64,000 nucleotides of DNA, taken from Bryobacteraceae bacterium (GTDB taxonomy: Bacteria > Acidobacteriota > Terriglobia > Bryobacterales > Bryobacteraceae). The notes under the pieces are model-generated. The model was not told the DNA's origin, did not search any database, and saw nothing but the letters and a program-made list of their open reading frames with translations. Shown here piece after piece: positions 1 through 9,699 of this stretch; the first letter of the stretch is position 1, and every line of letters starts with the position of its first letter. Location of the stretch: positions 55,966-119,965 of the forward strand of contig DATHOJ010000083.1 of assembly GCA_035485055.1 (NCBI GenBank), in the 5' to 3' direction. A program made the position numbers and the translations under genes.

Positions 1-1
1 C

Positions 2-919
2 ATGGTGCGAATCGTGGCGCCGACCGACTCAACGGTGTTGATTAACGGTGAAACAGGAACCGGCAAGGAGCTGATTGCGGAAGCCATTCACAAGTGGAGC
101 GGCCGATCGGATGGTCCATTTGTGAAGGTGAATTGTGCCGCCATACCAGCGGGTTTGTTCGAAAGCGAACTGTTCGGTCACGAGCGTGGCGCCTACACCG
201 GAGCGGTCACGCGCGGTATCGGACGGTTCGAGCGGGCTAACCGTGGCACGTTGCTTTTGGATGAGGTCGGCGACGTTCCGCTCGAGTTGCAGCCCAAGCT
301 TCTTCGCGTCATGCAGGACAGACAGTTCGAGCGCCTGGGCGGTGGTGCAACGAGTCGAACCGATGTGCGAGTGATCTGTGCCACTCATCGGAATCTCGTG
401 GAGATGGTCGCAAACCGTGAATTCCGCGCTGACCTCTTTTATCGGCTCAGCGTATTCCCCATTGAATTACTACCTCTTCGTGAGCGCCGTGAAGACATCC
501 GTTTGTTGGTCCACCATTTTGCGATGGATTGCGCTGCTCGCATGAACAAAAGAATCACGTCCATATCAGAAGAATTCATGACCGCTCTTGTAGGTCATTC
601 ATGGCTGGGCAACGTGCGGGAATTGCAAAACTTCATCGAGCGCTCGGTGATTCTTTCGACGGACGACGTACTGAATGGTTCGCGGCCCGAAATCACTGGC
701 ACATTGCAGTTATCCGCGCCAGTGACGCTGGAAGAGGCGGAGCGCTCGCACATCCTTCATACTCTCCAGCAGACCAAAGGTAGGGTCGGCGGTCGGGATG
801 GCGCCGCGGCGCGGCTGGGCCTGCCACGGACGACGTTGATCTATAAGATGCAGCGGCTGGGTATTAATCGCGGGCGAGGAATTGGTGCGTTTGCGAAAAT
901 CGGCCGCAGCTCAGATTGA
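2..919 (+). CDS. sigma-54-dependent transcriptional activator (AAA+ core plus Fis-type HTH); 5' end lies outside the window
   Basis: Walker [24 protein letters not shown] loop, Walker [30 protein letters not shown]-terminal [29 protein letters not shown] is open to base 2. Confidence 0.9.
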   Translation: MVRIVAPTDSTVLINGETGTGKELIAEAIHKWSGRSDGPFVKVNCAAIPAGLFESELFGHERGAYTGAVTRGIGRFERANRGTLLLDEVGDVPLELQPKLLRVMQDRQFERLGGGATSRTDVRVICATHRNLVEMVANREFRADLFYRLSVFPIELLPLRERREDIRLLVHHFAMDCAARMNKRITSISEEFMTALVGHSWLGNVRELQNFIERSVILSTDDVLNGSRPEITGTLQLSAPVTLEEAERSHILHTLQQTKGRVGGRDGAAARLGLPRTTLIYKMQRLGINRGRGIGAFAKIGRSSD

Positions 920-959
920 GGGGAGCATAGAGGCGGAAGTGCGTGAAAAGGAGAATTCG

Positions 960-1240
960 ATGCAACAAGGAACTGGTTCACAGAACAAGCGGGTGGTTAT
1001 CTTGGGTGGTTCCTCAGGCATCGGTTTGGCCGTCGTCGAGCAGGAGGCATCACAGGGCGCAAGGACATTATCGCCTCAAGCAACGTGGTACGACTTCAGA
1101 AGGCGGTTGCGCCGTTTGGCGGAAACGCGACAAGACAACCGTTGAGCTCTCGGACAAACAGGCCGTCGAAACTCACTTTACCAAGCTTGGTGCTTTCGAT
1201 CACTTGATATACACCGCAGGAGGTAGCCTCCATTTTGCAG
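960..1240 (+). pseudogene. short-chain dehydrogenase/reductase (SDR) N-terminal remnant; frameshifted and 3'-truncated
   Basis: ATG at 960 follows AAGGAG. KRVVILGGSSGIGLAV (Rossmann motif) is in one frame, DIIASSNVVRLQKAVAPFGG in a second, and VELSDKQAVETHFTKLGAFDHLIYTAGGS in a third. No YxxxK catalytic half follows. Confidence 0.7.
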
Positions 1241-1278
1241 GACCTTGCCACTGGGTTCGAATCTGGTCTCCCGCTCCA
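1241..1278 (+). other. tRNA-Gly(GCC)-like 3' fragment (non-functional); possible relic attachment site
   Basis: GACCTTGCCA ... GGGTTCGAATC ... TCTCCCGCTCCA matches, in order, the anticodon loop, T-loop and acceptor 3' strand plus CCA of bacterial tRNA-Gly(GCC) as I remember it. The stems do not pair and about 10 nt are missing. It starts where SDR homology stops. Confidence 0.45.
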
Positions 1279-1431
1279 TCTTTTCAATCCTTACAGAGAA
1301 CTGTCGATTCGAGCGGCCGGCGGATCTATGCAACCGTCGCGGAAGCATCCGCTGGGGTTCAAAGCAGTGCCTCGGTTTAGAGATAAGCATCAAACGAATA
1401 GAGAAACGCATCAATCAGGAGTGAGGTAGCG

Positions 1432-2253
1432 ATGAGGGTTGAAGTCAAGGCAATCGAGTCTGGCACGGAGGCACGCTTGTCGGTGCTACATCAGCCGGCT
1501 CTTATGATGGCGTTGCGGACTGGTTCGATTGAACTCGGCTTGCGCCGTTCTGAGATGATGAGATCTACTTTTGGCGCGGGCGAAATGTGCCTGGTCCCTC
1601 GTCATGTCGAGACATGGCTTCGAACCGATGACTTGCATTATTTGTATTTGTCCGTTGACGTCTCGGACGCCGCCCTCGCGGCAGCCTCTGATGGAACAAC
1701 GGGCGACGTGGAATTGCGCAGAGTGGGAAGCCTGGTTGATGCACGAGTCGGCGCGCTGGCCGCGGCCGTGAATGCGGAGAGAGTTGCCGGCTTTCCGAGT
1801 GGTCGGCTGTTTCTGGATTCCGTTGAGCAGGCGCTTGCCGTCGCGCTGGTCAACGGTTATGCCGTGCGGCGCCGGTCTGTGCAGACCCACCGAGGCGGGC
1901 TAGGTTCCGCTCGCTTGCGCAGGATCAAAGAGCTTGTAGACGCCAAGATCGAAGACGAGTTGACCCTTTGCGAGATGGCGCAAGCGGTCGAGTTGAGCCC
2001 AGCGCACTTCTCGCGGATGTTTCGCAAGTCAACCGGCGAGACCCCGCACCGATTTCTCCTGCGTCAGAGGCTAGAGCGTGCAAAGATGATGTTGCGCTCC
2101 GCCGATGGGCGAGTAATGGATGTAGCCGTGGCCTGTGGCTTTAGGAGCCAACAGCATTTTGCGCAGGCCTTCCGTCAGGTGTGCGGAGCTAGCCCGACCG
2201 AGTATCGCCAGGAATTTCTGGACCACGAAACGACGTACTCTCGGGAGCGCTAA
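1432..2253 (+). CDS. AraC family transcriptional regulator
   Basis: C-terminal double HTH: LTLCEMAQAVELSPAHFSRMFRKSTGETPHRFLLRQRLERAKMML...VACGFRSQQHFAQAFRQVCGASPTEYRQ. AGGAG lies upstream of the ATG. Confidence 0.85.
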   Translation: MRVEVKAIESGTEARLSVLHQPALMMALRTGSIELGLRRSEMMRSTFGAGEMCLVPRHVETWLRTDDLHYLYLSVDVSDAALAAASDGTTGDVELRRVGSLVDARVGALAAAVNAERVAGFPSGRLFLDSVEQALAVALVNGYAVRRRSVQTHRGGLGSARLRRIKELVDAKIEDELTLCEMAQAVELSPAHFSRMFRKSTGETPHRFLLRQRLERAKMMLRSADGRVMDVAVACGFRSQQHFAQAFRQVCGASPTEYRQEFLDHETTYSRER

Positions 2254-2516
2254 AATTCGTAGTCGCCCTGCATCAGCCCGGCATTTGTAACTCCATAAAT
2301 GGTCATTTTTCGGCGGCAATCCTAACGGACTCGCACGCATCTCAATCGGACTCTCGTCGTTGTCCCCTTCAATAATCGGAAAAAATTCAGCAGGATTTCT
2401 ACCAGAGGAGCAGATACTCTAACAAGGCATTATCCAACATGCCGTTTACTGGAGTTGTGAGATCACCAGGGCGGAACAAGCCATGGCATGCCTCACATCA
2501 GAAAGGGGTAATAGAG

Positions 2517-4190
2517 ATGGGTTTGAATCAAGAAAAACAATCAACAGTAGATTTCGTGGAGCGTGTTCGTGGGAACCAGCGGAAGCTCAGGGACGGTCTA
2601 AGGTCGCAGTACGACTTCATCGTCTGTGGATCAGGTTCATCTGGATCAGTAGTTGCGCGCCGCCTGGCCGAAAATCCCGACGTCAGCGTGCTCTTGCTCG
2701 AAGCAGGCGGCAGCGACGAGGTGCCAAGCGTGATGGAAGCGGCTCGCTGGCATGAAAACCTCGGGAGCGAGCGCGATTGGAAGTTTGTGGATCAACCCAA
2801 TCCACACCTCAAAGGACGTTCCATACCGCTGGAGATGGGCAAGGTGCTCGGAGGGGGATCGAGCATCAATGTGATGGGTTGGGCACGCGGACACAAAAAC
2901 GATTGGGATTTCTTCGCATCCGAGTCCGGCGAGACGGCATGGAACTATGAGTCCGTACTCAACATTTACCGTCGGATAGAAGACTGGCAGGGAGCACCAG
3001 ACCCCACGCGTCGCGGAACCGGTGGGCCGGTTTTCGTGCAGTCCGCGCCTGACCCGAATCCAATCGCTCCGGCTATGGTGGAAGGTGCGCGTTCCATTGG
3101 AATGCCAACTTTCGATAGCAATAATGGACGAATGATGGAAGGCACAGGCGGGGCCTCGATTATCGATGTGCGGGTACGCAATGGAAAGCGCCTATCCGTC
3201 TTTCGAACTTATGTCTTCCCCTACATGAACCAGCCCAACCTAACTGTGCTCACCCACGCATTGGTTACCAAGATTACCTTGGAGGGAAAGCGAGCCACTG
3301 GTGTGGAGATCGCTTTAGACGAAAAAATCCAACGCATCAGGGCCAAGTGCGAGGTTGTCCTGTCGTTGGGCGCCATGCACACGCCAAAAGTGCTGATGCT
3401 TTCTGGCATTGGCGATCAGACGGAGCTACAACGTCTGGGCATACCGGCCGTGCAGCACCTTCCAGGTGTAGGACAGAATTTGCAGGATCATTTTGGTATC
3501 GGCTGCGTCTGGGAATATCAGCAGCCCCTCGCTCCTCGCAACAATGGAGCTGAGGCAACGTTCTTCTGGAAGAGCAATCCTGGTCTTGACACTCCGGATT
3601 TGCAGACCTGCCAGATAGAAGTACCGGTCTGCAGTCCCGAGACAGGCGCTAGCTTTAATCCACCACCAACCTCTTGGACCATGTATGGAGGTGTCGTGCG
3701 GCCGAAGAGTCGCGGTCAGATTCGCTTGACGGGACCCCACCCTGACGACCCTATACAGATCGAGTCCAATACGCTGTCCCACCCGGACGACCTGAAGGCC
3801 GCGGTAGCGTGCGTGGAGCTTTGTCGCGAGATTGGCAATTCAGCTGCGCTTCGGCCCTTCACAAAATGCGAGGTCATGCCGGGCTACCTGAGAGGACCTG
3901 CGCTGGAAGACTTCATTCGCGATGCAGCCAACACTTACCACCATCAGACGTGTACCGCGAAAATGGGGCGCGATTCGATGTCAGTGGTAGACGGTCAACT
4001 GAAGGTCTATGGGATCGAAAACCTTCGCATTGCAGACGGATCGATCATGCCGCGCGTGCCCACCGGCAACGCCATGGCTACCTGCATCATCATCGGCGAG
4101 CGTGCCGCGGAAGCGTTGCTGGACGAGCACAGGTTGAAGACGTCGGCGGTGTCATGTTCTCCTCTCACTGGAGCAGCGGCTGATCTCTGA
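2517..4190 (+). CDS. GMC family oxidoreductase (choline dehydrogenase-like flavoprotein)
   Basis: N-terminal FAD fold YDFIVCGSGSSGSVVARRLAENPDVSVLLLEAGG, GKVLGGGSSINVM, C-terminal HQTCTAKMG...VDGQLKVYGIENLRIADGSIMP. Start moved to the internal ATG at 2517, which follows an AAGGGG-like RBS. Confidence 0.9.
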   Translation: MGLNQEKQSTVDFVERVRGNQRKLRDGLRSQYDFIVCGSGSSGSVVARRLAENPDVSVLLLEAGGSDEVPSVMEAARWHENLGSERDWKFVDQPNPHLKGRSIPLEMGKVLGGGSSINVMGWARGHKNDWDFFASESGETAWNYESVLNIYRRIEDWQGAPDPTRRGTGGPVFVQSAPDPNPIAPAMVEGARSIGMPTFDSNNGRMMEGTGGASIIDVRVRNGKRLSVFRTYVFPYMNQPNLTVLTHALVTKITLEGKRATGVEIALDEKIQRIRAKCEVVLSLGAMHTPKVLMLSGIGDQTELQRLGIPAVQHLPGVGQNLQDHFGIGCVWEYQQPLAPRNNGAEATFFWKSNPGLDTPDLQTCQIEVPVCSPETGASFNPPPTSWTMYGGVVRPKSRGQIRLTGPHPDDPIQIESNTLSHPDDLKAAVACVELCREIGNSAALRPFTKCEVMPGYLRGPALEDFIRDAANTYHHQTCTAKMGRDSMSVVDGQLKVYGIENLRIADGSIMPRVPTGNAMATCIIIGERAAEALLDEHRLKTSAVSCSPLTGAAADL

Positions 4191-4665
4191 AGAAATCCCG
4201 AATCCATGATGGAAATCGCTACGCGGAATAGACGTGGTGCGATCGCAAATGCAACTCCCCTTGCCCCATCCCAATCGCGAGTAAGCCCTAAAAACGGCTC
4301 GTCTACGGTCCTCGACGCGTCGCAGATTGAACTCACGCCGCTCGCTAGCGGACTCGGTGGCAGTTTCGATTTCGGTGAAGATTATTCCGTACCAGTGGGA
4401 GACACTGTAACGTACGACATCGATTACTTTCTCCTGTTCGATCCGGCCCCGGTTTTGCTCGGCGGAGGTTTGGCTTTGGATCCCTGGGGAATGGATGGTC
4501 AGGAATCCGGCGGTGGTCGGTGAGCCGAATCTTGTCGAATCCGCGCTCCATATACGACGCAGCTCCCGAGATACGGCGATGTGGGACACAATCGCCCACA
4601 TCCGGATTGAATTGCGGCCGACATCCAGATGGCGATTCGCTGATCCAGACTAAACTTAATCTTGC

Positions 4666-5685
4666 ATGAAAAAAATCGGTTTTCTATCCTTCGGCCATTG
4701 GTCACCTTCACTTCACTCGGAAACGCGAACTGCGTCGGACGCGCTGCTGCAGTCGATTGACCTTGCCGTCGACGCCGAACGACTGGGCGTTGACGGAGCG
4801 TATTTTCGTGTTCATCACTTCGCGCGGCAATTGGCTTCCCCATTTCCATTGCTCGCCGCGATCGGCGCTAAGACGCGCCGTATTGAAATCGGCACAGCAG
4901 TGATTGACATGCGATATGAGAACCTGCATTACATGTCCGAGGATGCCGGCGCCGCGGATCTCATCGCCGGCGGGCGCCTGCAATTGGGAATCAGTCGCGG
5001 GTCTCCCGAACAGGTCATTGACGGGTGGCAATACTTTGGCCACCACCCGCGTGATGGTGAGGATGATGCAGCCATGGCTCGGAGACACACCGACGAGTTT
5101 CTCGAATTGCTGAACGGCAAGGGTTTTGCTCAGCCGAATCCTCGACCTATGTTTCCCAATCCACCAGGATTATTGCGTCTTGAACCGCATTCTGAAGGAT
5201 TGCGCAGCCGTGTCTGGTGGGGAGCGGCTACGAATGCGACGGCCGTTTGGGCCGCCAAGCTCGGAATGAACCTGCAGTCCTCAACGCTTAAATTCGACGA
5301 GACCGGCGAACCCTTTCACATCCAACAGGCCGCGCAGATTCGCGCGTTTCGCGACGCCTGGAAAGAGGCCGGTCATACCCGCACTCCGCGAGTCTCCGTC
5401 AGCCGCAGTATCTTTCCCTTGATGGACGATCGTGATCGCTCGTTTTTCGGGCGAGGACAGCAGGAAGACGACCAGATTGGCATCATCGACAACGTACGGG
5501 CGATTTTCGGCCGTGGCTACGCGGCAGAGCCGGATGTTTTGATCGAACAGCTGAGGAAAGACGAGGCGATTGCCGCGGCAGACACGCTGCTGCTGACCGT
5601 GCCGAACCAACTAGGGGTTGCTTACAATGTTCATGTTTTGGAAGCAATTCTGACCAGGATCGCTCCGGCTTTGAGTTGGCGCTAA
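4666..5685 (+). CDS. LLM-class (luciferase-like) flavin-dependent oxidoreductase
   Basis: MKKIGFLSFGHW..., AVDAERLGVDGAYFRVHHF, IEIGTAVIDMRYENLHYMSEDAGAADLIAGGRLQLGISRGSPE. Confidence 0.85.
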   Translation: MKKIGFLSFGHWSPSLHSETRTASDALLQSIDLAVDAERLGVDGAYFRVHHFARQLASPFPLLAAIGAKTRRIEIGTAVIDMRYENLHYMSEDAGAADLIAGGRLQLGISRGSPEQVIDGWQYFGHHPRDGEDDAAMARRHTDEFLELLNGKGFAQPNPRPMFPNPPGLLRLEPHSEGLRSRVWWGAATNATAVWAAKLGMNLQSSTLKFDETGEPFHIQQAAQIRAFRDAWKEAGHTRTPRVSVSRSIFPLMDDRDRSFFGRGQQEDDQIGIIDNVRAIFGRGYAAEPDVLIEQLRKDEAIAAADTLLLTVPNQLGVAYNVHVLEAILTRIAPALSWR

Positions 5686-5725
5686 ACAGGCCACAGAAAG
5701 AGCCATCGATCTTCCTCAAATGGAG

Positions 5726-6406
5726 TCAAGCGACGATTACTCTGAGACCCTGTTGCGAGAAAATCTTTCGACGACCTCCTACAACCGGACCTCTGGCTCG
5801 CGTGGCCTCCCCCGAGCTTTGTACGAGTACCGCGTGATCCGCCCAAAGCCACGCGAGTGAGCGGTCACAAACCGACTTTTGGTTACCTATCGGATCTCGG
5901 TGAGTGCCTTGGCGGTCATGCACTCGCCGCGATTCGGCGCGAATTCTGATGGCCGAGAGGCCGCCGTCGACGGACAGCTCCACCCCGTTCACGAAGCTCG
6001 AATCGTCTGAAGCAAGAAACACCGCGACCACCGCAATTTCCTCAGGGCGACCCATCTTTCCCCGCGGGATCCCGGATTCGAACATCCGCTTCGCCTCCTC
6101 GGTGAGAACTTGGTCCTGCATCGGTGTGGCAATCGGCGCCGGGCTCAGCAGGTTCACCCGGATATTCCTGCCCTTCAGTTCGTTGAGCCATGTGCGTGCG
6201 AAGGAGCGCAATGCTGCCTTGCTCGCCGCATACACGCCAAAACCAGGAAAACCCTTAACCGAAGCAACTGAGCCGGTCATGAAGATCGATCCGCCATCGA
6301 TGAACAGCTTTCGGCCTGGACAGGCTCGAGGCCACAGCCCCGTGGGGCGTAATACAGGAGAAGCAGACCGAAGAAAAAGCCACGCCTTCCGACAAAAAGA
6401 TGTCAC
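5726..6406 (-). pseudogene. SDR family oxidoreductase, C-terminal half only (5'-truncated, abnormal 3' extension)
   Basis: DGGSIFMTGSVASVKGFPGFGVYAASKAALRSFARTWLNELKGRNIRVNLLSPAPIATPM...MGRPEEIAVVAVFLASDDSSFVNGVELSVDGG. No TGxxxGIG Rossmann part is found upstream. The ORF runs about 70 codons past the usual end and its 5' end collides with the divergent AraC gene. Confidence 0.6.
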
Positions 6407-7319
6407 CCACAGATTTGGCGCACTTCGTCATGCTTTCGCGCGGCAACTGCAGGCTGAGTGTGGAAGGGCTGAGCCGATTCCCCTCACCGGTGGTAACTGC
6501 ATTTTGCTGGCCCGGGGGACTTCGATTGTTTTGCGCGACAGCCCGCGAACACGTCCCAGGTGGAGTTTCAGCGAGATCGCGGCCAAGGCCAACAGCAATG
6601 TCGCTCATTATGGAGGTGGTGGCGCACCGACGACAATCGTCTGCGGGTCCTTGAGTTTCGATCGCGCCGGCCTCAAGCCGGTCACTCAGCTATTGCCGAG
6701 CTTCATTCTGATTAAGGCCGAGGAGGCCCGTGCGCGTGCTCTTCACAACACAATGCAAGCGCTGGCATCAGAGATGGCAGAACAGGCGCCGGAGTCTGCA
6801 GTAGTCGCGAATCGGCTAGCTGAGGTTCTGTTTATCCAAGTACTCCGGGCGCATATCGCGTCGGGACCGGAACGCAAGAAAGGATGGCTTCGAGCGATTT
6901 TTGATCCTCAAATAGGCACTGCCCTGAGTGCCATTCACGACAGAGTGAATACACCCTGGACGGTCGAATCCCTGGCCGGAGCGGCGGCCATGTCTCGCTC
7001 CGCATTCGCAGCACGTTTTAAAGAGTTACTCGGACAAACACCACTGGAATATGTAACCGAATGGCGGATGCAGAAGGCGATGCAGTTACTACAAGAGCGT
7101 GACAAAAAGCTAATAGACATCGCTCGGTCGGTTGGTTACGAGTCCGACGCAGCGTTCAGTAAGGCGTTCAAGCGAGTTGTCGGGGCTAACCCTGGTGAAT
7201 ACCTCAAACGTGGTTTTGAAGGCCACAGTAGTGCCGGAATGGCGGAAGAACTGAGTCGCAGTCTCGCGCCAGGATCGCTACGCGGTTCCAGGAACTTTTG
7301 CCTAGCCAGACTGCGATAG
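6279..7319 (+). CDS. AraC family transcriptional regulator with N-terminal cupin (AraC_N/cupin_6 type)
   Basis: ECGRAEPIPLTGGNCILLARGTSIVLRDSP, HYGGGGAPTTIVCGSL, then HTH region WTVESLAGAAAMSRSAFAARFKELLGQTPLEYVTEWRMQKAMQLL...VGYESDAAFSKAFKRVVGANPGEY. Start at 6279 is chosen by length match to the family. The last ~35 codons read into the xth remnant. Confidence 0.75.
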   Translation: MKIDPPSMNSFRPGQARGHSPVGRNTGEADRRKSHAFRQKDVTHRFGALRHAFARQLQAECGRAEPIPLTGGNCILLARGTSIVLRDSPRTRPRWSFSEIAAKANSNVAHYGGGGAPTTIVCGSLSFDRAGLKPVTQLLPSFILIKAEEARARALHNTMQALASEMAEQAPESAVVANRLAEVLFIQVLRAHIASGPERKKGWLRAIFDPQIGTALSAIHDRVNTPWTVESLAGAAAMSRSAFAARFKELLGQTPLEYVTEWRMQKAMQLLQERDKKLIDIARSVGYESDAAFSKAFKRVVGANPGEYLKRGFEGHSSAGMAEELSRSLAPGSLRGSRNFCLARLR

Positions 7320-7462
7320 CAAAGGTCATGAAGGGCACCCGCCGGGAATGCTTGCTGCTCTGCCTTGAGCTCCTGGAGGCAGACGACGTCGGGCTGCGCC
7401 TTGGCGAGCCACGCCACGAGGTTGTGTAGGCGCTTATTGATGTTGAAGGTGGCGATCTTCAA
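7295..7462 (-). pseudogene. xth: exodeoxyribonuclease III N-terminal fragment
   Basis: MKIATFNINKRLHNLVAWLAKAQPDVVCLQELKAEQQAFPAGALHDLCY..QK matches the first ~55 residues of ExoIII/XthA. Nothing further follows, and it overlaps the AraC 3' end. Confidence 0.7.
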
Positions 7463-7907
7463 TCAGCCCAGCCTCATAATGACCATTCTGTCCTGATCCG
7501 AGTGTCTCACCGCAAGTACCGCGTCGCAGGACCGTTTTCTGGAGGCACGTTTTCACGTGGTTCGGTGGAAGAGACTGTTGGCGACGGCAAATCGCCGCAA
7601 CCATGCCCAAATGTCGATATTGTCGCGTCAGGAGGCCCACCCTAGGTTGTGCAGATCGGAGCACGAGAAGCGTACGGCGTTTACCAGGGTCGATTCACGA
7701 AGCTTCCCCCAACCGGACTTCTGGCCAGCACCGTCCGATCCGAGTTTTCTACGCGTGGTGCGTATTTCGCCCGCAACCAAAACATCGGTAACCTCGCGAC
7801 TGCCGGTGAGTGACGCACCGTCGAGGCATGCTGGCATGTCCTTTTGTCCGACTGAGAGTCAGAATCGGCGCCGATGGAATAAAATTATAGCGTTCGCCAC
7901 AAGAAAC

Positions 7908-8897
7908 ATGAGTTGCTCCCAAAAATCTATCCCTGGAACCGAAGTGAAGATTTTTGACCCACGCGATTGCTCCACAGGGTCGCCGGAGGCGGAACTGCTT
8001 GATTCAACTGTCGTCCAAAGAAACCGGCAGTGGTGGATGTACCTCGCTGGCCAACCAAGAGGATTTGGGGCCACCGATATCTTCAGCGCTTCGCTCGCCG
8101 CGGAGGCACCGCTATCAGTGACTGGGTGGAAGCCGACTCGCGATGCTACGGGTGAGTTAGTGCCAGTGGCAGGGCAGCAGCGGAGCAGGATATGGGATGG
8201 AAACGGGGGACGGCATTGTCCGTCTTACGTGAAGGGATGGGACCCGTGCAGACGGGCGTGGGTCGAACGGATTTACAATGCCGGTGCAGCCGACAACCTT
8301 TGGGGCCCCTACACAATCGGATTCCTGGAGTGGAATGGTAAGGCCTGGATGGATCAATCTGAGGCCGCCTTTATCGCAAACGAGGACTGGGAACGCGGAA
8401 GCGTCTACGAGCCAAACCTGATCTATCACGACGGTAAATGGAAAATGTGGTACGTGGCTGGATCGAACCACGAAGATTACCTGATCCACGGTTGTGCAGA
8501 GAGCGGCGATGGCGCTACCGGCTGGAGCAAACATGCTGTTTTTGCTGGGCCGGAAATGAAAATGTTCGATTTCTGCGTACGCCAAAGGGGAACGCGATTC
8601 GATGCTATCTTCGCGCGCGTTTGGGTAGGACACGGTGCGCCTTCGCCTGAGACGGGTTTGTGGTGGTGCAGTGCCGAGCACCCCGCAAGGATTTTGTCAG
8701 AATAGAGTTCCCCGACTCAGATCATGACGGCCGAGGATCGAGGGTGGCACTCGGGGACGTGGAGGCCTTCTTTTCAGATTGACGAGAAGATTCCGAACCG
8801 CGCGATTGTGTTTTTCGACGGGTCATATTCCACCGGCGAAGCGAGCCCATTCCCATTCGTCTTCACGCTGGGATGCTTCACTTTGGACCTGGCGTAA
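7908..8897 (+). pseudogene. hypothetical beta-propeller-like (glycoside-hydrolase-like) protein interrupted by an in-frame TAG at 8703-8705
   Basis: WWMYLAGQ, YEPNLIYHDGKWKMWYVAGS, WSKHAVFAGPE. After the TAG the same frame continues for 63 more codons (MTAEDRGWHSGTWRPSFQIDEKIPNRAIVFFDGSYSTGEASPFPFVFTLGCFTLDLA) to TAA at 8895. Function is uncertain. Confidence 0.55.
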
Positions 8898-9079
8898 TGA
8901 ACTACTTCGGTCAGCAACTTTTAGCAACTTCTCCAAGCGTGTGGTCGACCAATCGGAGGACGGCGAGCTTTCTTTGATGGGCGGGCTGCTTAAAGCTCAG
9001 AGAACGTTTCGGATTCAAGCCAACGGTTGTACTAACGTCTCGCTAGTGGGCAGTGCGTTTTGTCTCCGGGTCCTTAGAT

Positions 9080-9553
9080 TTATTTTGTCCGGTCCTGCGG
9101 GAGCTTTCCCCTGAAAAACTCTTCTAGATGCGGATCATCGAATACTACGACGGTCCCGTCGCATGTCAGCGCGAAGTAATGGGCTCCCGGATTAACGAGG
9201 TATGCCTTTCCACAAACCAGGGCGGGCGGCGTCAGCTTGTTGATCCAGTCTTTGGGCGCCACCCCGTAGGTGACGACGCCGCTTATATTGTCAGCGGTAA
9301 TCGGATTTTTCGGCTCTGCGTCCCATACGAGCTCGTTGTCGTGCATGTTGTCCCAGCGATAAACGGCAATCGAACTGGGAGATACGCCGCCGGCCTGTGG
9401 GCATGCGTCTCCGTTCGACAGGCAAAGCTCGACGGTACCGGCCTTTTTGCTGGCCGCCAGATGCAAGGAGGAATTCTGGCAACTCGCCAAAGAGAGGGCC
9501 AGGCAGCACGTCAGCAATGATGAAAAGGCGATGGAAGTGCTTTTGGCCTGCAT
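9080..9553 (-). CDS. hypothetical lipoprotein
   Basis: AGGAGG lies 6 nt upstream of the ATG. Signal peptide with lipobox: FSSLLTCCLALSLASC. Confidence 0.6.
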   Translation of the reverse strand: MQAKSTSIAFSSLLTCCLALSLASCQNSSLHLAASKKAGTVELCLSNGDACPQAGGVSPSSIAVYRWDNMHDNELVWDAEPKNPITADNISGVVTYGVAPKDWINKLTPPALVCGKAYLVNPGAHYFALTCDGTVVVFDDPHLEEFFRGKLPQDRTK

Positions 9554-9699
9554 AGGGTCCTCCTGTCCCTTGCGAGAACGCTGACATGAATACTGCGGGC
9601 CGAATCTCCTGAATATCTCGAGGTGAAATCGGCACCCGCAGGTGACCTCGTACGGCAGTGAAAGGCTCTCGGATCATTTTAACACCGTGCGCGGTGCGG

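Noticed and set aside
2439-2516. N-terminal extensions of several track ORFs: 2439, 7557, 11806, 13278, 16920, 23884, 40689, 44936, 53926 and 61209
   Set aside because: In each case an internal start gives a proper RBS, a signal peptide or a family-typical N-terminus. The extension has no homology or overlaps a neighbouring feature.
5904-6278. The first ~125 codons of the 471-aa plus-strand track ORF
   Set aside because: This part is the antisense shadow of the SDR coding sequence. Recognisable AraC homology starts only around 6279, so I trimmed the gene to 6279-7319.
6400-6654. An alternative-frame peptide AHFVMLSRGNCRLSVEG that resembles the AraC_N cupin strand. It would suggest a frameshift in the AraC gene.
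   Set aside because: The main frame already gives a continuous, length-consistent cupin (…ECGRAEPIPLTGGNCILLARGTSIVLRDSP…HYGGGGAPTTIVCGSL). The resemblance in the other frame is short and probably due to chance.
7560-7837. A minus-strand reading (…VLVAGEIRTTR…TLVNAVRF…) that faintly resembles the ExoIII middle and C-terminal motifs
   Set aside because: Matches are limited to a few residues, and the order relative to the N-terminal stub at 7295-7462 is wrong for a single gene. It is not supportable without a search.
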